From Gracilinanus agilis (Eukaryota), in contig NC_058130.1 of NCBI RefSeq assembly GCF_016433145.1, positions 88,013,421-88,077,420 on the forward strand: a stretch of 64,000 nucleotides of DNA, read 5' to 3'. A program made the translations under genes and the position numbers. Shown in pieces: positions 23,770 to 36,155 of the stretch; the stretch's first letter is position 1, and each line of letters starts with the position of its first letter. The notes beneath the pieces are model-generated. The model was not told where the DNA came from, made no database searches, and saw only the letters and a program-made list of their open reading frames with translations.

Positions 23770-24220
23770 ACATGAATACTGTGAATGTAATGGGATATTA
23801 TTTCACCATAAGAAAAGATGAGTACGATGAATAATAAAAAAAAAAAAACAAAGGAAGACATGAAATGGTGAAAAGTGAATTAAGCAGAACCAGGAAAACA
23901 ATAAGCACAATGATCACAACAATGCAAATAAAAAGAATAATAAAACAATTGAAATTGTAAAATTATCAGGATTAAGCTTGACATCAAAGATGAGATTTGG
24001 GAGCACACCTTAATTTCTTCTTTGCTGAGGTGAGGGACCATGGCTGTGGAATACTACAAATAATGCCAGATTGGGTTGATATTGATTAGTTTTGCTGAAC
24101 TTTTCCTCCTCTTTTTATTCTTTGATAAAAAGGGATGGCTACCTGCTAGAGTGGAAGGGAGGAGCATATTTGAGAAATGCATGTGACAGAAAACAAAATA
24201 TATTAGTAAAATAAAAACAA
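23770..24220 (+). mobile_element. Marsupial L1: end of ORF2 plus 3'UTR
   Basis: MGYYFTIRKDE resembles the L1 ORF2 end MEYYSAIKKDE; AGTGAATTAAGCAGAACCAGG; GATTAGTTTTGCTGAAC 3'UTR motif. Confidence 0.7.
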
Positions 24221-24779
24221 ACATTGGATTCCATGGGTTTTAGCATAGGATTTAGATTCTCCATCTGTTCTTCCTCAGTTTTACAACATGATGAGCCTAC
24301 TTCCTTTTCTTATCATGCTACCTTTTGCACATAAATCTTCATCGGTAATAATCACGACCTACTTGAACCCACCATATATCTTTTTATTGCTTTGAAGAAA
24401 CAGAAATTTTGAAACTTCAGAGACTATAGTATTCTATGATTTGTAGCTAGGCATATTTGAGAAGAATACTAGTGTTAAAGATGTAGGTTTCTGTTTCAGG
24501 AAGCAACCCGAGATTGTTGAAAGTGATGAATAATTTCTCAAATGTAATCTAGCTAGTTCTCTTCTTTTTAACTCCATCAGCAGTTTCCAAGATATAGGGC
24601 TCTCCAGCCAAATTCATATTACTACTTATATAATATGTGTTCTTTACTTGTGTTTTTTTTTCCTGTGGGGAATATTAGGTCAAATTCTTTTGAGTGGTGG
24701 ATGATTTCTTTGGGGGAGTTTCTATAGTATTATAGTACTTATCTCTGTCTCTTGGCTTTCTTCAAGTCTTAGGTGAAGT

Positions 24780-25010
24780 CCATCATTCTACATGAAGCCT
24801 TTTCCAGGTCCCTCTATAAATTTAGCACCTGAGACAACCCCAATTTATCCTGTATATATTGGGTTTGTACCTAGTTACTTGCTTGTTATCTCCTTCATTA
24901 GACAACTCCTTGAGAGCAGGGACTATTAAAAAAAAATCTTTCTTTGTATACTCAGTGCTTAACACAGTGCCTAACACATAGTAAATACTTGATTTATGCT
25001 AGTTGGCTCA
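24780..25010 (+). mobile_element. L2 3' end
   Basis: CTCCTTGAGAGCAGGGACT...CAGTGCCTAACACATAGTAAATACTT. Confidence 0.7.
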
Positions 25011-25487
25011 CTGACCGAATTGAAACAGCAGCACAATGTCATCTACAAACAGAAGCATCTCTAGTTCTTTTACTATCTCTATGAAATCCCTCTTCTATTT
25101 GGACATCCTCCATGACAGATCAACATCTTTGGTCTTATCTCTGTGTCTTATACTTTGATAACGATAATCAGGAAATTATCTAACCAAATTATCTCTGTTG
25201 TTGCATCTATTCTAATTAATTACATGGAGGAACTATAGCTTCTTCTTTAATTCTAGATAGCACTAAGTTAAAGGAATCCAGTGTAGCAAAAACACACATC
25301 TTTAAATCTCTGGTCAGTCACCTTTCTCCATCCAGACAGCTTTTGAGAGCTGTAGGCTCTGCTTCTTTACCCTTTCTTTCAGAGATCTTTGGTAATACAG
25401 TGGCCTGGAGTAATTTGCATAATCCAGTCAGTTGTCCTGGTGTAAAACTGGAGACAGAGAGAGAATTCTTCTAAAGTCCAAGAATAG

Positions 25488-25673
25488 AGACAGCTAGGTG
25501 GCTCTACATAACCAGGCCTGGAGATGGGGGGTCCTGGATTCAAATCTGGCCTTAAATACTTTTTATGTGACTCAGGGCAAGTAACTTAATCCTCATTGCC
25601 TAGCCCTTACTGCTCTTCTGCCTTGGAACCAATATTTAGTATTAATTCTAAGACAGAAGGTAAGGGTTTTTAA
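25488..25673 (+). mobile_element. SINE-2_MD-like SINE with 15-bp TSD
   Basis: TSD AAAGTCCAAGAATAG at 25473-25487 and 25674-25688. Confidence 0.85.
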
Positions 25674-26059
25674 AAAGTCCAAGAATAGTTTGGTAGAAAA
25701 GGTTGATGCCAGGCATACTACAAGGTGTTTGGGAAGAAGTGAAAGACATGCTTTCTTCACAATTGGATCTGAGGAAAAAAGAGACAGGGCAAAGATGTTC
25801 CAATAGCCATTTAGAGATCCTTTGCATGGAGAATGGAGTTTTGTGACCAAGAGTGCTTTTTTAAACAGGTTTTAAAAGGCAGGAGATAATCTGGTCTGGA
25901 ATCATGAAAGGGCTCTAATACTATATACCTCTCTCTAAGGACCAACAGCTGGAGAGATAGTCGCCTAGAGAGAAGATAATGAGCATCAGCTGTTGCAAAA
26001 GAGCTGAACTGTGGGGAGTGGTGCAGCTGAGTGCAGGAGGGAGAGAATCCATCTTACTG

Positions 26060-27290
26060 ACTGGGAGTGACAAAATTAATTTGATGGTGAACATACACCT
26101 AGAAAAGGAATTTATGATCACAAAGCTTTAGCAAAGCTTCATCAAGGGCAAGTGACAGCAATCTAACCTCATTTCCTCTTCTGACAGGATAAAAGGTAGG
26201 TAAGGGGAATGCGATAGTATGCCCAAATTTTGTTGGATCATTTAACTGAGTTCCTCATGTTATTCTCATGGAAAAGATGAAGAGATGAAGCAGATAATAG
26301 TACACCAAAGAAGATTCAGAACTGGTGGAATGGCTTGACCCAGAGTAGTCACTTATAGTTCAATGTCAACTTGGAAGGAAGTCATTGGTAGAGTGTCCCA
26401 GAGATCTATGCTTGGTTCTTGTGGTTTAACATTAAAAAAAAAATAACATGGATGAAGGTATTGGTGATGCAATTATCAAATTTGCGGATGAGAATAAAGC
26501 TGGAAAGAAAAAATAACATTAGATGATTGGATGACATAATTTAAAAAATTAACTTGACAGATTAGAACTTCAGGCTGACTCTAATAAGATCAAATTTAAT
26601 AGGCTTCATTGTAAAGTCATACTGGAGTAAAAAAATCAACTTCACAAACATACGGGAGGAGTATCATGGTTAGGCAGAAGTTCATTCAAAAAGAATCTGG
26701 AGGTTTTTAACTACTGCAAGCTCCATATAAGTTAAAAGTGTTGATACAGAATGGTCAAAATTGTATAATATCGAGCTCATGTAAGGGATATTGTCCAGGT
26801 CTGAAGAGATGTTAGTTCTGCTGTTTTCTGCCCTGATCAGACATCTGGAATATTGTGTACTATTTGGAGTACAATAGTTAAGGAGTGATAGCAATAAATT
26901 GGAGAGCATCAAGAATAGGGCAATCAGGATGGTTAAGGGTCTCAAGTTTATACCATATGAAGACTGGTCGAAGGAATTAGGAATGTTTAGGTTGGAAAAA
27001 AGAAGATTTAGTGGGAACAAAATAACTGCATCTAAGTATCTGAAGGGGTTTTGTGTGGGACAGACTTGCTCTGATCTGTCCCACAAGGCAGAGGCAGTAG
27101 CAGTAGGTGGTACTGACAGTAGTGGGAGTGACAGAATGTGATTTAGACTCCTTCCTTTTAAAGAAAACTTCCTAACAAGCAAAGCCATCCAAAAGTGGAA
27201 TGGACTGTTTAAAGAGGCTGTGAGTTCCCTCTTGTTAGAAATCTTCAGGCAAAGCTTGGATGATCAATTGTTGGGTATATTGTCAGGATA
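26060..27290 (+). mobile_element. CR1/L3 LINE, RT to 3' end
   Basis: ORF 26899-27141 ESIKNRAIRMVKGLKFIPYEDWSKELGMFRLEKRRFSG matches the CR1 C-terminus RATRMIRGLE..YEERLKELGLFSLEKRRLRG. Confidence 0.85.
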
Positions 27291-27917
27291 GGGGATCCTT
27301 ACTCAGGTATGATTTGTACTAGATTTAGTTTAATTCAACCAACATTTAGTAAGTATTTCCTGTGCTTGAGCATAGATACTCAAGGTAAAAAGGTTATAGT
27401 AAACGAATTCCTACCCTCAAGAAACTTATAGTCTTGTGAACCCTCATGGCTTCTGACTTTCCTTCCAGTTCTGAAATTCTGTGTTATGACAATGGCAGTG
27501 CTAGTAAACCCACAGCATAAGCCAGGATCAGGGAACAATAAGAAAGAGCAATAAAGAGCGGACATAGAGGCCTTAGAGAGGTGATGTTGAACAAATCCTG
27601 GCTTGCCTATCACTTTAAGTCACAAAGGGTGCACAAGTCTTTGGGGTTAGGATAGCCAGTTATGGTAGGAAGGGTTTGTTGACTCATGCACTTAGCTGGT
27701 TTTTTTTTTTATGTGTTCTTTTCTTTGTCAATATAAACAATCTATGTTTTGTATCATTCTGAGCCCGAATACTTTTAAAGTAGGGTGTTGACTATCTTTA
27801 GAGAACTGTAATGAGTCAGAGAAGTGAGATGTTCTCAAAGTACATCCTGGGCCCTTTATGTCTATAGGGAGCCTCTGAAACAAGTTATAATCTTATAAAA
27901 ATTACCATAGAAGTATA

Positions 27918-28148
27918 CAGCAGCTAAGTGGGTTATGGATAGAGTGCCAGTCCTTGGCATCAGGAAGATGTATCTTCTTGAGTTCAAATCTGGCCTCAGA
28001 TACTTACTAGATGTGTAACTTTACACAGTGACTTTAAAGTCACTTTACATTATTTTGGAGAAGGAAATGGCAAAACCACTACAGTATGTTTGCCAAGAGA
28101 ATCCAAAATAGTCATGAAGAGTGAGATATGACTGAAAATGATTTAACA
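27918..28148 (+). mobile_element. MAR1-type SINE
   Basis: tRNA head plus GGAGAAGGAAATGGCAAAACCACT...TTTGCCAAGA RTE-like tail. Confidence 0.75.
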
Positions 28149-29239
28149 TCTCAGAAAAAGTTAGAATATCTCCAGGCTTTCTGGTTAAATCTCTGAAAAT
28201 AAGTCAGACAAGTAAATACAGTGCTCAGTTCACCAATCAACAGCATTTCCTTTCATTAGACCTCACATTCAATGAGCAAACTCTTCTTCCTTTCTTGCTA
28301 TTTAACAATCATAGAATTGTTGTCATCTGATAGTGGGCCATTCTAGGTACTGGTACTTTAATGAACCCTTAACCAAAGTGCCAGGATTTTTTCTTCTTTA
28401 AACAGCCTTTAAGCATTCTAGGACATAGGATACCAGGTTTGGAAGTAACCTTTGATCAAGGAATGAGGGCTCTTAGACATCAATTAGTCTGACTCTCTCA
28501 TTTTATAGTGGGAGACCTCTTTGAGACCCAAGGTGGAAGGAGAAACTTGTCCTAAGACTCAGGGAGTTAATGACAGAGGCAAAACTAGAACCCAGGTCTC
28601 CTGGTTTCCAGGCCAGAGCTCTTTATATCACCTCCCTGATTCTTCTGAATTCTTCCAAGCTTTTTTCCAAGTGGAAAACAACATCTCAGATGCAGTGTAT
28701 ATCTTCAATTTTTTATTTTTCTTCCCCAATTGCCTTTAATCATTTCCCAAATTTCCAGGAACTATCATTGAAGTCACCTCAATGTTATTACAAATGCTGT
28801 CCAAAGGAGAGTTATTTTTACATGACCAGTTGGCATATGGCTTAACTGCACCCAAATCTAACAGACTAACAGGTCCCTGCCCATCTGTTGTAGTGGCAAA
28901 AAAGATTGAAAAAGTAGCCCTAAGTGACTGTCATCATGTGGAAATGAGGAATGTTCCAAGTGGAATAAAAGTTTTTCAGCAAACACTCATCCCTAAAGAT
29001 AAGATGTAGAAAAATTACTAGCCCATATAAGATAGTAATTATTACCTGAATGGCAAGAAGAAACACTGAAGGTGAAGGAGGAATCTCAGAGTCAACTAAG
29101 GACAGGTAGGACCTGAGGGAAATATGGAGATTGGACTAGATCATAGATTGATAAATTCTTTAAGGGCCAGGGACTAAGCAAATTTTCATTTTTAAATTCA
29201 CAGTGTTTAATCACAGGGTCTGGCACATAGTAGGCTCTT

Positions 29240-29418
29240 AAAAAAACCCTTTACTTTCTGTCTTAGAATCGATGGTTCTGATGCTGAAGAGCAATAAGGG
29301 CTAGGCAATTAGGGTTTTCCCAGAGTCACACAGCTAGGAAGTGTCTAAGATCAGATATGAACCCAGGACTTCCCATCTCTAGGTCTGGCTTTCTATCCAC
29401 TGAGCCACTTAGCTGCCC
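29240..29418 (-). mobile_element. SINE-2_MD-like SINE inserted in an L2 terminus
   Basis: Reverse SINE; TSD TAGTAGGCTCTTA / TAGTAAGCTCTTA. Confidence 0.8.
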
Positions 29419-29689
29419 TTAGTAAGCTCTTAATAAATATTTGTTGTTTGATTGAATCTCTAAAATTCTTTTTATCTCTAAAATCTTATGATTCCTATTA
29501 GTGAGAAACTGGGAGAAAAGGCCATATCGTGACAACAGAGGGGAGATGTGATTGAATAAATCATATAATGTGAGACCATAAGAACTCTTAGAGAGAGCCA
29601 CTAGTTCAGCCTTATCATTTTTTAGATGTGGATAATGAGATGCAAGTTCCTATGGAAGGGGCCTGTTCTCACTTACAAATGAGATTTAA

Positions 29690-31290
29690 AGTCTTTTCTC
29701 TCTGTGTTTTTGGGGCACCACTCTCTCTTGGTGTCTTCTCCTACCTACCTGAACATTCCTTCTCAGGCTCCTTTGCTCCATCCATGTTGAGCCTGCTAAT
29801 GGTGGGTATCTCTCAAGGTTCTGTCCTGGATCCTCTTCTCCCTCTATGTCATTTCCACTGTGGCATTGCCAAATGCCCCTCTGACATCTCAAATTGGATG
29901 TCCTTGTAGATATCTTAGACTTAACATGTTCAAAATTGAGCATGTTATCTTTTCTTCAAATCCTTCCCTTTTCCTCACTTTCCTATTACTGTTGAGGGCA
30001 CCACCATCCTGCCCATTACTTGGGCTCAAAACCTAGATGTCATTCTCAGTTCCTTTCTTCCAGTGTTTCCAAGCCCTGCAGATTCTATCTTTGTAACATC
30101 TCTCTCATCTATGTGCCTTTCTCTTCTCTGACCCTGCCACTACTCTGGCTCAGGCCCTCATCATGTTGTACCTGGACAATTGTAAAGGCTTTCTGTTTGG
30201 TCTTCCTGCTTTAAGTCTCTCTCTAATGTGGTCCATCCACTACTACTACATCCAAATAAACTGATCTTCCTAAAGGGTATGTCATTTGGAATTGTTTAAA
30301 TCCCTGGAGGACTACAACTCCCAGGGCTCTCTGCTACAACTTCCCCCAACAACTCCCACTTCCTTTGTGGGAGGTATTGGAGAAAGTATAAAAGAGAGAG
30401 TTTGGCGCCTTCTCTCTCCCTCTCCCTCTCCCTCCCCCTCTCCCTCCCCGTCCCGTCCCCCTCCCCCCTGGAGTCTCTCTGCTCTCTGGAGCCTGGAGGC
30501 TGGCTGACACCTCGGCAGTTTTCCCTTTCTATCTACTTCCTAGTATTCCTAGACCTTCCCCTTCTAATTTAAATAAAACCTAGCTATTCTAAACTCTAAA
30601 GTTGCTCTCTGATCTTTTATTTCAGCTCCAAAGGGCTCTGGTCAATTTCCTCCTGCCTGGGCTGGGGACCCCTACCTTCTTTTTCCCTTCCTCTACCTTT
30701 CTCTCTCCTTTCTCTCCTTCTATCCAACCTTCCTCCCTTCCTCCCTTCCCCCCTCACAGGGGCAAGTCTGGCTTTTCTGCTCCTCCCTTATTCCATAAAC
30801 TCTGGTGGCTCCCTATTGTCTTCAGAATCAGTACAAAATTCTGTTTGGCTCTTTAAACACTTTATAACCTATCTGCTTCCTACCTTTCCATTCTTAAACT
30901 TTACTCCTCCATATGTATTCTATAATCCATTGACACCAGCATCCTTGCTATTGCTCACATAAGACATCTCCTGACTCCGTGCATTTTCAGTGGCTTTCCC
31001 CTCTGCCTGGAATGTTTTTCCCTTTGTTGGCTTCAAGTCTAAGCAAAAAAACCACCTTCTGCAAGAAGCCTTTCTTGGCCTTTCTTAATGCTAGCTTCTT
31101 TCCTTGGAGATTACTTAAAATTGTATCATATAGACAAATCCATATTCATATATCTTGTTTGCATTTTATCTTTCTCATTAGAATATGAGCTGCTTGAAAT
31201 TTAGGGACTATTTTTGTCTTTTGTTGTGCCCCATTGCTTGGAACAATGCCTGGTAATTAGTAGGCACTTGATAAATGTTTGTTGACAGAC
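29690..31290 (+). mobile_element. L2 LINE RT and 3' end, split by an LTR
   Basis: GISQGSVLDPLL resembles GVPQGSVLGPLL; typical L2 3' motifs resume after 30759. Confidence 0.8.
30280..30758 (+). mobile_element. Solo LTR (ERV-derived), ~479 bp
   Basis: TG...CA termini interrupting L2; imperfect TSD AGGGTA/GGGGCA; ACTACAACTCCCAG 30311-30324, TATAAAA 30387-30393, AATAAA 30572-30577. Confidence 0.65.
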
Positions 31291-31824
31291 TTCTCAGTGC
31301 TTGCATTCAGACCCAGGTCTTCTAATTCCTAGACTAGTGCTCTTTCCACATTTTTCAAAAAGCATCAAACATTATTGTGCTGGCTAGAAGTTGAACCTCT
31401 GATGTTTGATCTCATTTTGCTTTTCAATCTTCTTTTGAAAAATGGAAAACATAAATGATTCCTGGCTCAGACTGCCTTGAAATAAGTGAATGGCACCAAC
31501 TCCCAGGCAAGATGCCTAAACCTAGGTATTGAAGAATAGGTCTACTACCCTGGGGAGGATACAAGAGAATGAGTGCCCTATGTCTGGCTATGACTAGGGA
31601 GGAGAGCAAAGACACAGGTCATCCTCCTCTATTTTCTAAATGCCTCAGGCTCAAGCTGGTTAGATTGGTAGCTCTCAAGCCTTAAGACAAGTGTTTAGAA
31701 CAGCATCCAAGAAGGGGAAACAGCTTACTTGTTCTGAGAAGCCTTTCTGCAAAGAATCTCTCTGTTTCCCTGGCCAGAGAAGATGAAAGAAATACTGAGC
31801 ATCTCACAATCTTCAGATTTTTTG

Positions 31825-32041
31825 CAGGAGTTGTTCTTTAACTTTTTAAATCTATGCCACGAGTCCTTTTAGCATTCTGGTGGAGCATATGGCCTGATCC
31901 CTTTCTCAGAATAATGTTTTTTAAAAATGGAAGGAAATGCTAAATTTTAGAAGGAAGTGAAAATAAGGATATAGTTTTTTTCTCATCCAAGTTTATATGC
32001 CCCTGAGATCTCTCCATGGTACCCATGGATAAAACTCCCTG
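31825..32041. mobile_element. Diverged hAT-type MITE
   Basis: CAGGAGTTGTTCTTTAAC...ATAAAACTCCCTG ends; internal TTCTCAGAATAATG shared in reverse with the 18646 element. Confidence 0.5.
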
Positions 32042-32289
32042 ATTGGGGGGGGGCGTCTCAGAGTCTTAGGATACTTAGCAGGCTTCTACTTTGGGGAACT
32101 AAGTTGCTAGTTCTTTGCTTGAAGCCAGAACTGTGTGAAGGGCTTTCTTTTATTTTGTGGCAGGAAGAGGAGTCATTAAAGGACACTGCGAGGGCTTGGA
32201 GTGACTCACATATAGCACCAAAAAGGCCTTGGAGGATACCTTAGCCAATTCCCAATGAATGTCTCTCTACTCATAGGGTCAATATCAGG

Positions 32290-35200
32290 TAATCATCTTT
32301 AATTCCACATCACAGCAGTAGAGTGAAGAGGGGAGGAAAGGGAAAAAAACCCAAACAAACCAAACAGGGGATATTTACATCTAAAATTCACATCACTTAT
32401 TTGTTGGGTCCAGAACATGCTATCACAATATATACAGTAAATACCTTTGAGGACATGAGTACAAATTCCTTTTTTTTTCTTTTAACTTTGCTTTCCTGTA
32501 TAGTTAAGAGAGGGTTTTTTTTGTAGTTTTTTTTTAAAACATGACTACACAAAAGAAGTGGTTAGAGGATTTCTCATTTTAAATAAGCACAGAATGCCAG
32601 AGATTAAAAACACATTTACAGGGCAGAGTACCCATGAGACATCACAATCTATACATTTTTTGCTCAAATTCCTGTACAAATACATAGCATTCAAATGAAA
32701 ATATTTACAAAGATGCCTGACAAAATGAAAATCAAAAGATCGTATAATCTTTTCAAAGGATTCTCACCTCTATTTTCTACAGTTTCCCTTCCCCCTCAAA
32801 CTTGGCTGGTTTGCTGATAGGAAGTGGTTTGGGGATAGGTCCTTTTTACCCAGTTTTATCCAGGAAATATAGATGAAGGAAAACAATAAATCACCCATAT
32901 GATTATCCTACACAGAGCAAGATGAACTGAACCCATTATATCTTCCATATCTTCCATATGGAACAGGTAGAAGAACCAAGACAGACTCCTACCTTTGGTG
33001 ACTGGTTTATCATTCTTTCAAATAGCTCTGTGAAGGGAGTCACAGCTCCTTTGACACCAGTTTGATTTCCTCCACCCAAAGATCAAATCTAATATTCAAC
33101 CCAAGAATCACCCAAGCCCTGGTGAACACTATCTCAGGAACCCCAGTCAGCCAGGAAACAAAGGCTTGGTCAGAGTACCTTTGTCTCCACCTTTAATTCC
33201 CTGAGAAGTCAGGCTGATCTCCACTTTCAGTCACTAAATGAGAAGAAACTTCCTTTTTTTTGTGCCTCACTCTGCCCTGTTTATTAATAACAATCCAAGG
33301 GCATTCTTCTAGAATCTCCTGAACTAATGTAGACATCTCCACAGCAGCCCCCAGTGAAAACAGATTTTTATAAGTTCCTTGCCCTGTCCATGGAGGGGAG
33401 GAGGTCAGAGGGGAATGGCATTCTTACTATGAACTCGGGTGCTCATTTGCAAAAAGACACATTACATCAACTTGCCTTTTCTACTTCAAAAGGGGAAGGG
33501 ATCAGGGTTTAAAAACCAGGCACCAAAAATGCTGGCAGACTGCCCGGTCAGAGTCCGGAGAAGTCGGGAGAAGGAAAAACAGGGTGGGAAATAGATTTGA
33601 ACCAATGACACAGGAGGCTTTGTAATGACCGAACACTTTGACTCACACTAATGTTAACTCTAGGAAATGAAACATTAAAAAAAAGTTTTGTTCATAGACA
33701 TCGTTATTTTTCAAAAGTAACTTAGAAGCACCCTGATAAAATATACCCATCCACCCCATTTCCCCAAATATTAAACCAAGAGGAAAACCAGTATCCTGAC
33801 CTGATTAGAGTTTCATATAAAGACACTGTTGTCCACTAGGGCTTTAGAGAGCTCTGATATCCTTTTTTAGGCCGGTAAAGCCATTGAAAACTGTTCTTGG
33901 GGCTTACCCCCAGCAACCCTTGAACCCTGTGTGAGAACACCATGATAAATCAGTGGCAGAAGGCAACAGTGTTATGTGGCTTGGGCTCTTTAGTAACAGG
34001 ATACCACCTCACCCTGCCTCTCTGCCCCCTCTAGTCTTGGGAACACCAATAATGAAGGTGATTTCATTTGCATGGGGATAAGTTTCTAAAGGAGACAAAA
34101 AAAAAAAGTACCTCCTAATCCTTCCTACCCAGTAAGTAGCTGGCTGAGCCTGAGTTTTCTTCAGCCTGCTTCAGCTGGGCTGCCAGTCTCTTTTACACAG
34201 AGGTAGTGTTGAAAATCCCTGACTCTGGAGAATGGACTACATTCTGATCGCTTCTGAAAGATCAAAGGATTTCCGAGCTGCTGAGATATGGCGGTCCCTC
34301 TCTTACACTAGTAGGGCTTACCAGCAGTAGAAGGACCTGGTTGATATTAGCCCAATCAGAATGAACAGCCTTCTGTGCCCAGGAAAGAACCTACCCAAAG
34401 ATATGGGTAGGAGCTGGACTCTCTGCTCTGAGGAAGGTGATATGGGAAATCTTTCTCCCTTGGGGTGTTATGTAGCCCTACCCTCAGATAACTAGACTCT
34501 AAGCAATGGTGTTGACAACTGCCCAAAACAACTGGAAGAAGGCTCCAGAGGATGGGATTGGGACCTTGGGAGCTACCCAATCCTTGCTGGCCCTGCAGCC
34601 AAATTGGGGAGAGGCCCTGCCTCCTGGGGGTGACGGGGAGGGGGAGGAGCATCAAAAGGGAGCAAATGTTCAGAGATCCTACTTATGGAGAGAAAACTAG
34701 GGGAGGCAGTAGGGAGGTGAGCTGGAACGTAGGGCCTTCAGCAGCCCCTGTGGAAGGCCGGCAGTATGGCTAAGATGTAGAAGTTGGATCAGCACACCTG
34801 GGCCAGTGCAGGAGGCCCAAGAAGCCACATGAGCAAACATTCCTGGAAGAGCTGATTTTATTTGTTTTCATAGCATTTCTTTTGTCTCCCATCCACGGAC
34901 CACCTCTAAGTTTGCCGTGTGCAGTCTACACAATCCCTGAATGTAATCATGAGCTTTTGCATCTATACAGCAAAGAAAAAGGTCCCTAGTGCAACAACTT
35001 GTGTTTCCATACCCGGAGGGGCCAGTGCTGGGAAGGGGGTGTTTGTGCTCCCCTTCTGGTACTGAGATACTCCAATGTGGCTTCTGTCTGTGCAAGTCTC
35101 TACGGCTAAAGGTTACATCCACACATGTTCGTGTGGGCTGGTAACTGCAGAAGGAAGAAAGCATCCACTGCACAGAGAAAGAGGGAAAAGAAAGCTCCAA

Positions 35201-35418
35201 TAAAAAATGTAAGAGTAGAAAATAAACTAAAAAGCAGCAACATTGCATGCTGGCACCATCTCTGTACACAGTCGAAACAGGAGTTCACGGCAGTAGAATG
35301 TAGAGAATTAATTTCTCTCTCTTCTGAGTCCCAAACCTTTCTATTTTCCCTCTGGGCGACTTGCTTGTTAGACCTGGAGTAATGATACGAGTTCCTTTGC
35401 TCATAATCTCCCTCTTGT
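32290..35418 (-). other. DOCK3: DOCK3 3'UTR (~3.1 kb) with candidate ATTAAA poly(A) signal at 32303-32298
   Basis: Follows the stop codon; no recognisable interspersed repeats; U-rich TGTA-rich distal end; the exact end is inferred. Confidence 0.6.
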
Positions 35419-35934
35419 CTACTGCTCACTGATGCCATGCTCCCAGGCAACCCTGGCTTGCTCTTCCTTGATACTGGCTGGGGGCAGAGAGACTTTTCGA
35501 TGCAGAGGTCGGTGTTTGTTGTCTTCTTCTTCCATCATCATCATCCCCTCCTCATGCTCCAGGGGCGGGTGTCGGGAATGGTAGGGTTTGGGGGGTAAAG
35601 CAGGAGGAGGGTCCATGGGGTCCTGAGGGATGACTCCACTTGGGGCAGAGTGGCTCCGGCATGGCTGAGATTTGACTGACTCCAAGACGTCAGGCTCTGA
35701 GAGACTGTACCGGACCGGGAGGTAGGGTGTCTCTAAGTCTTCATCCGTGTTCCAGGCCTGGCTAGGGACAGAGTCCATGGTGTCAGTACGAGGTGGGACC
35801 TCTGAAGAATGCCCAAAGTTACTCTCACTCAGGGAGGACACACCGCTGCTGGCACTGCCTGACAGGGTAGAATTGCTTCCATCCAGGCCAGACTGGGGAC
35901 TTGTGGGTGATGCAGGGATGGGATGGAGAGGAGA
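35419..35934 (-). CDS. DOCK3: DOCK3 terminal coding exon (proline-rich tail)
   Basis: ttattctaacag|TCT CCT; SPLHPIPASPTSPQSGLDGSNSTLSGSASSGVSSLSESNFGH...PPALPPKPY...EEQARVAWEHGISEQ-TAG; 516 nt. Confidence 0.97.
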   Translation of the reverse strand, partial: SPLHPIPASPTSPQSGLDGSNSTLSGSASSGVSSLSESNFGHSSEVPPRTDTMDSVPSQAWNTDEDLETPYLPVRYSLSEPDVLESVKSQPCRSHSAPSGVIPQDPMDPPPALPPKPYHSRHPPLEHEEGMMMMEEEDNKHRPLHRKVSLPPASIKEEQARVAWEHGISEQ

Positions 35935-36155
35935 CTGTTAGAATAAAAGAGAGGTTGATTAAAAGCCCTGATCAGGCGATTCTGCAGGGCAAGTTACCCA
36001 TTATGTGTCTGGTGGCAGGCTGAGAAGCTGGCTTCTCTAAATGAAATAATGGCAAATATTGACTGTGAATGTATGTGCTTTATGTGAGATGCTCGGCTAA
36101 GTGCTGAAACACTGTGCTGTCACCCCAAGAAAACCTGGCATTAAAAGGTATTAGA

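Noticed and set aside
26682-27188. 168-aa minus-strand ORF
   Set aside because: Antisense frame of a CR1/L3 RT remnant
34022-34035. CTCF-like ACTAGAGGGGGCAG in the DOCK3 3'UTR
   Set aside because: Only the 3' half fits; four mismatches in the 5' half of the core
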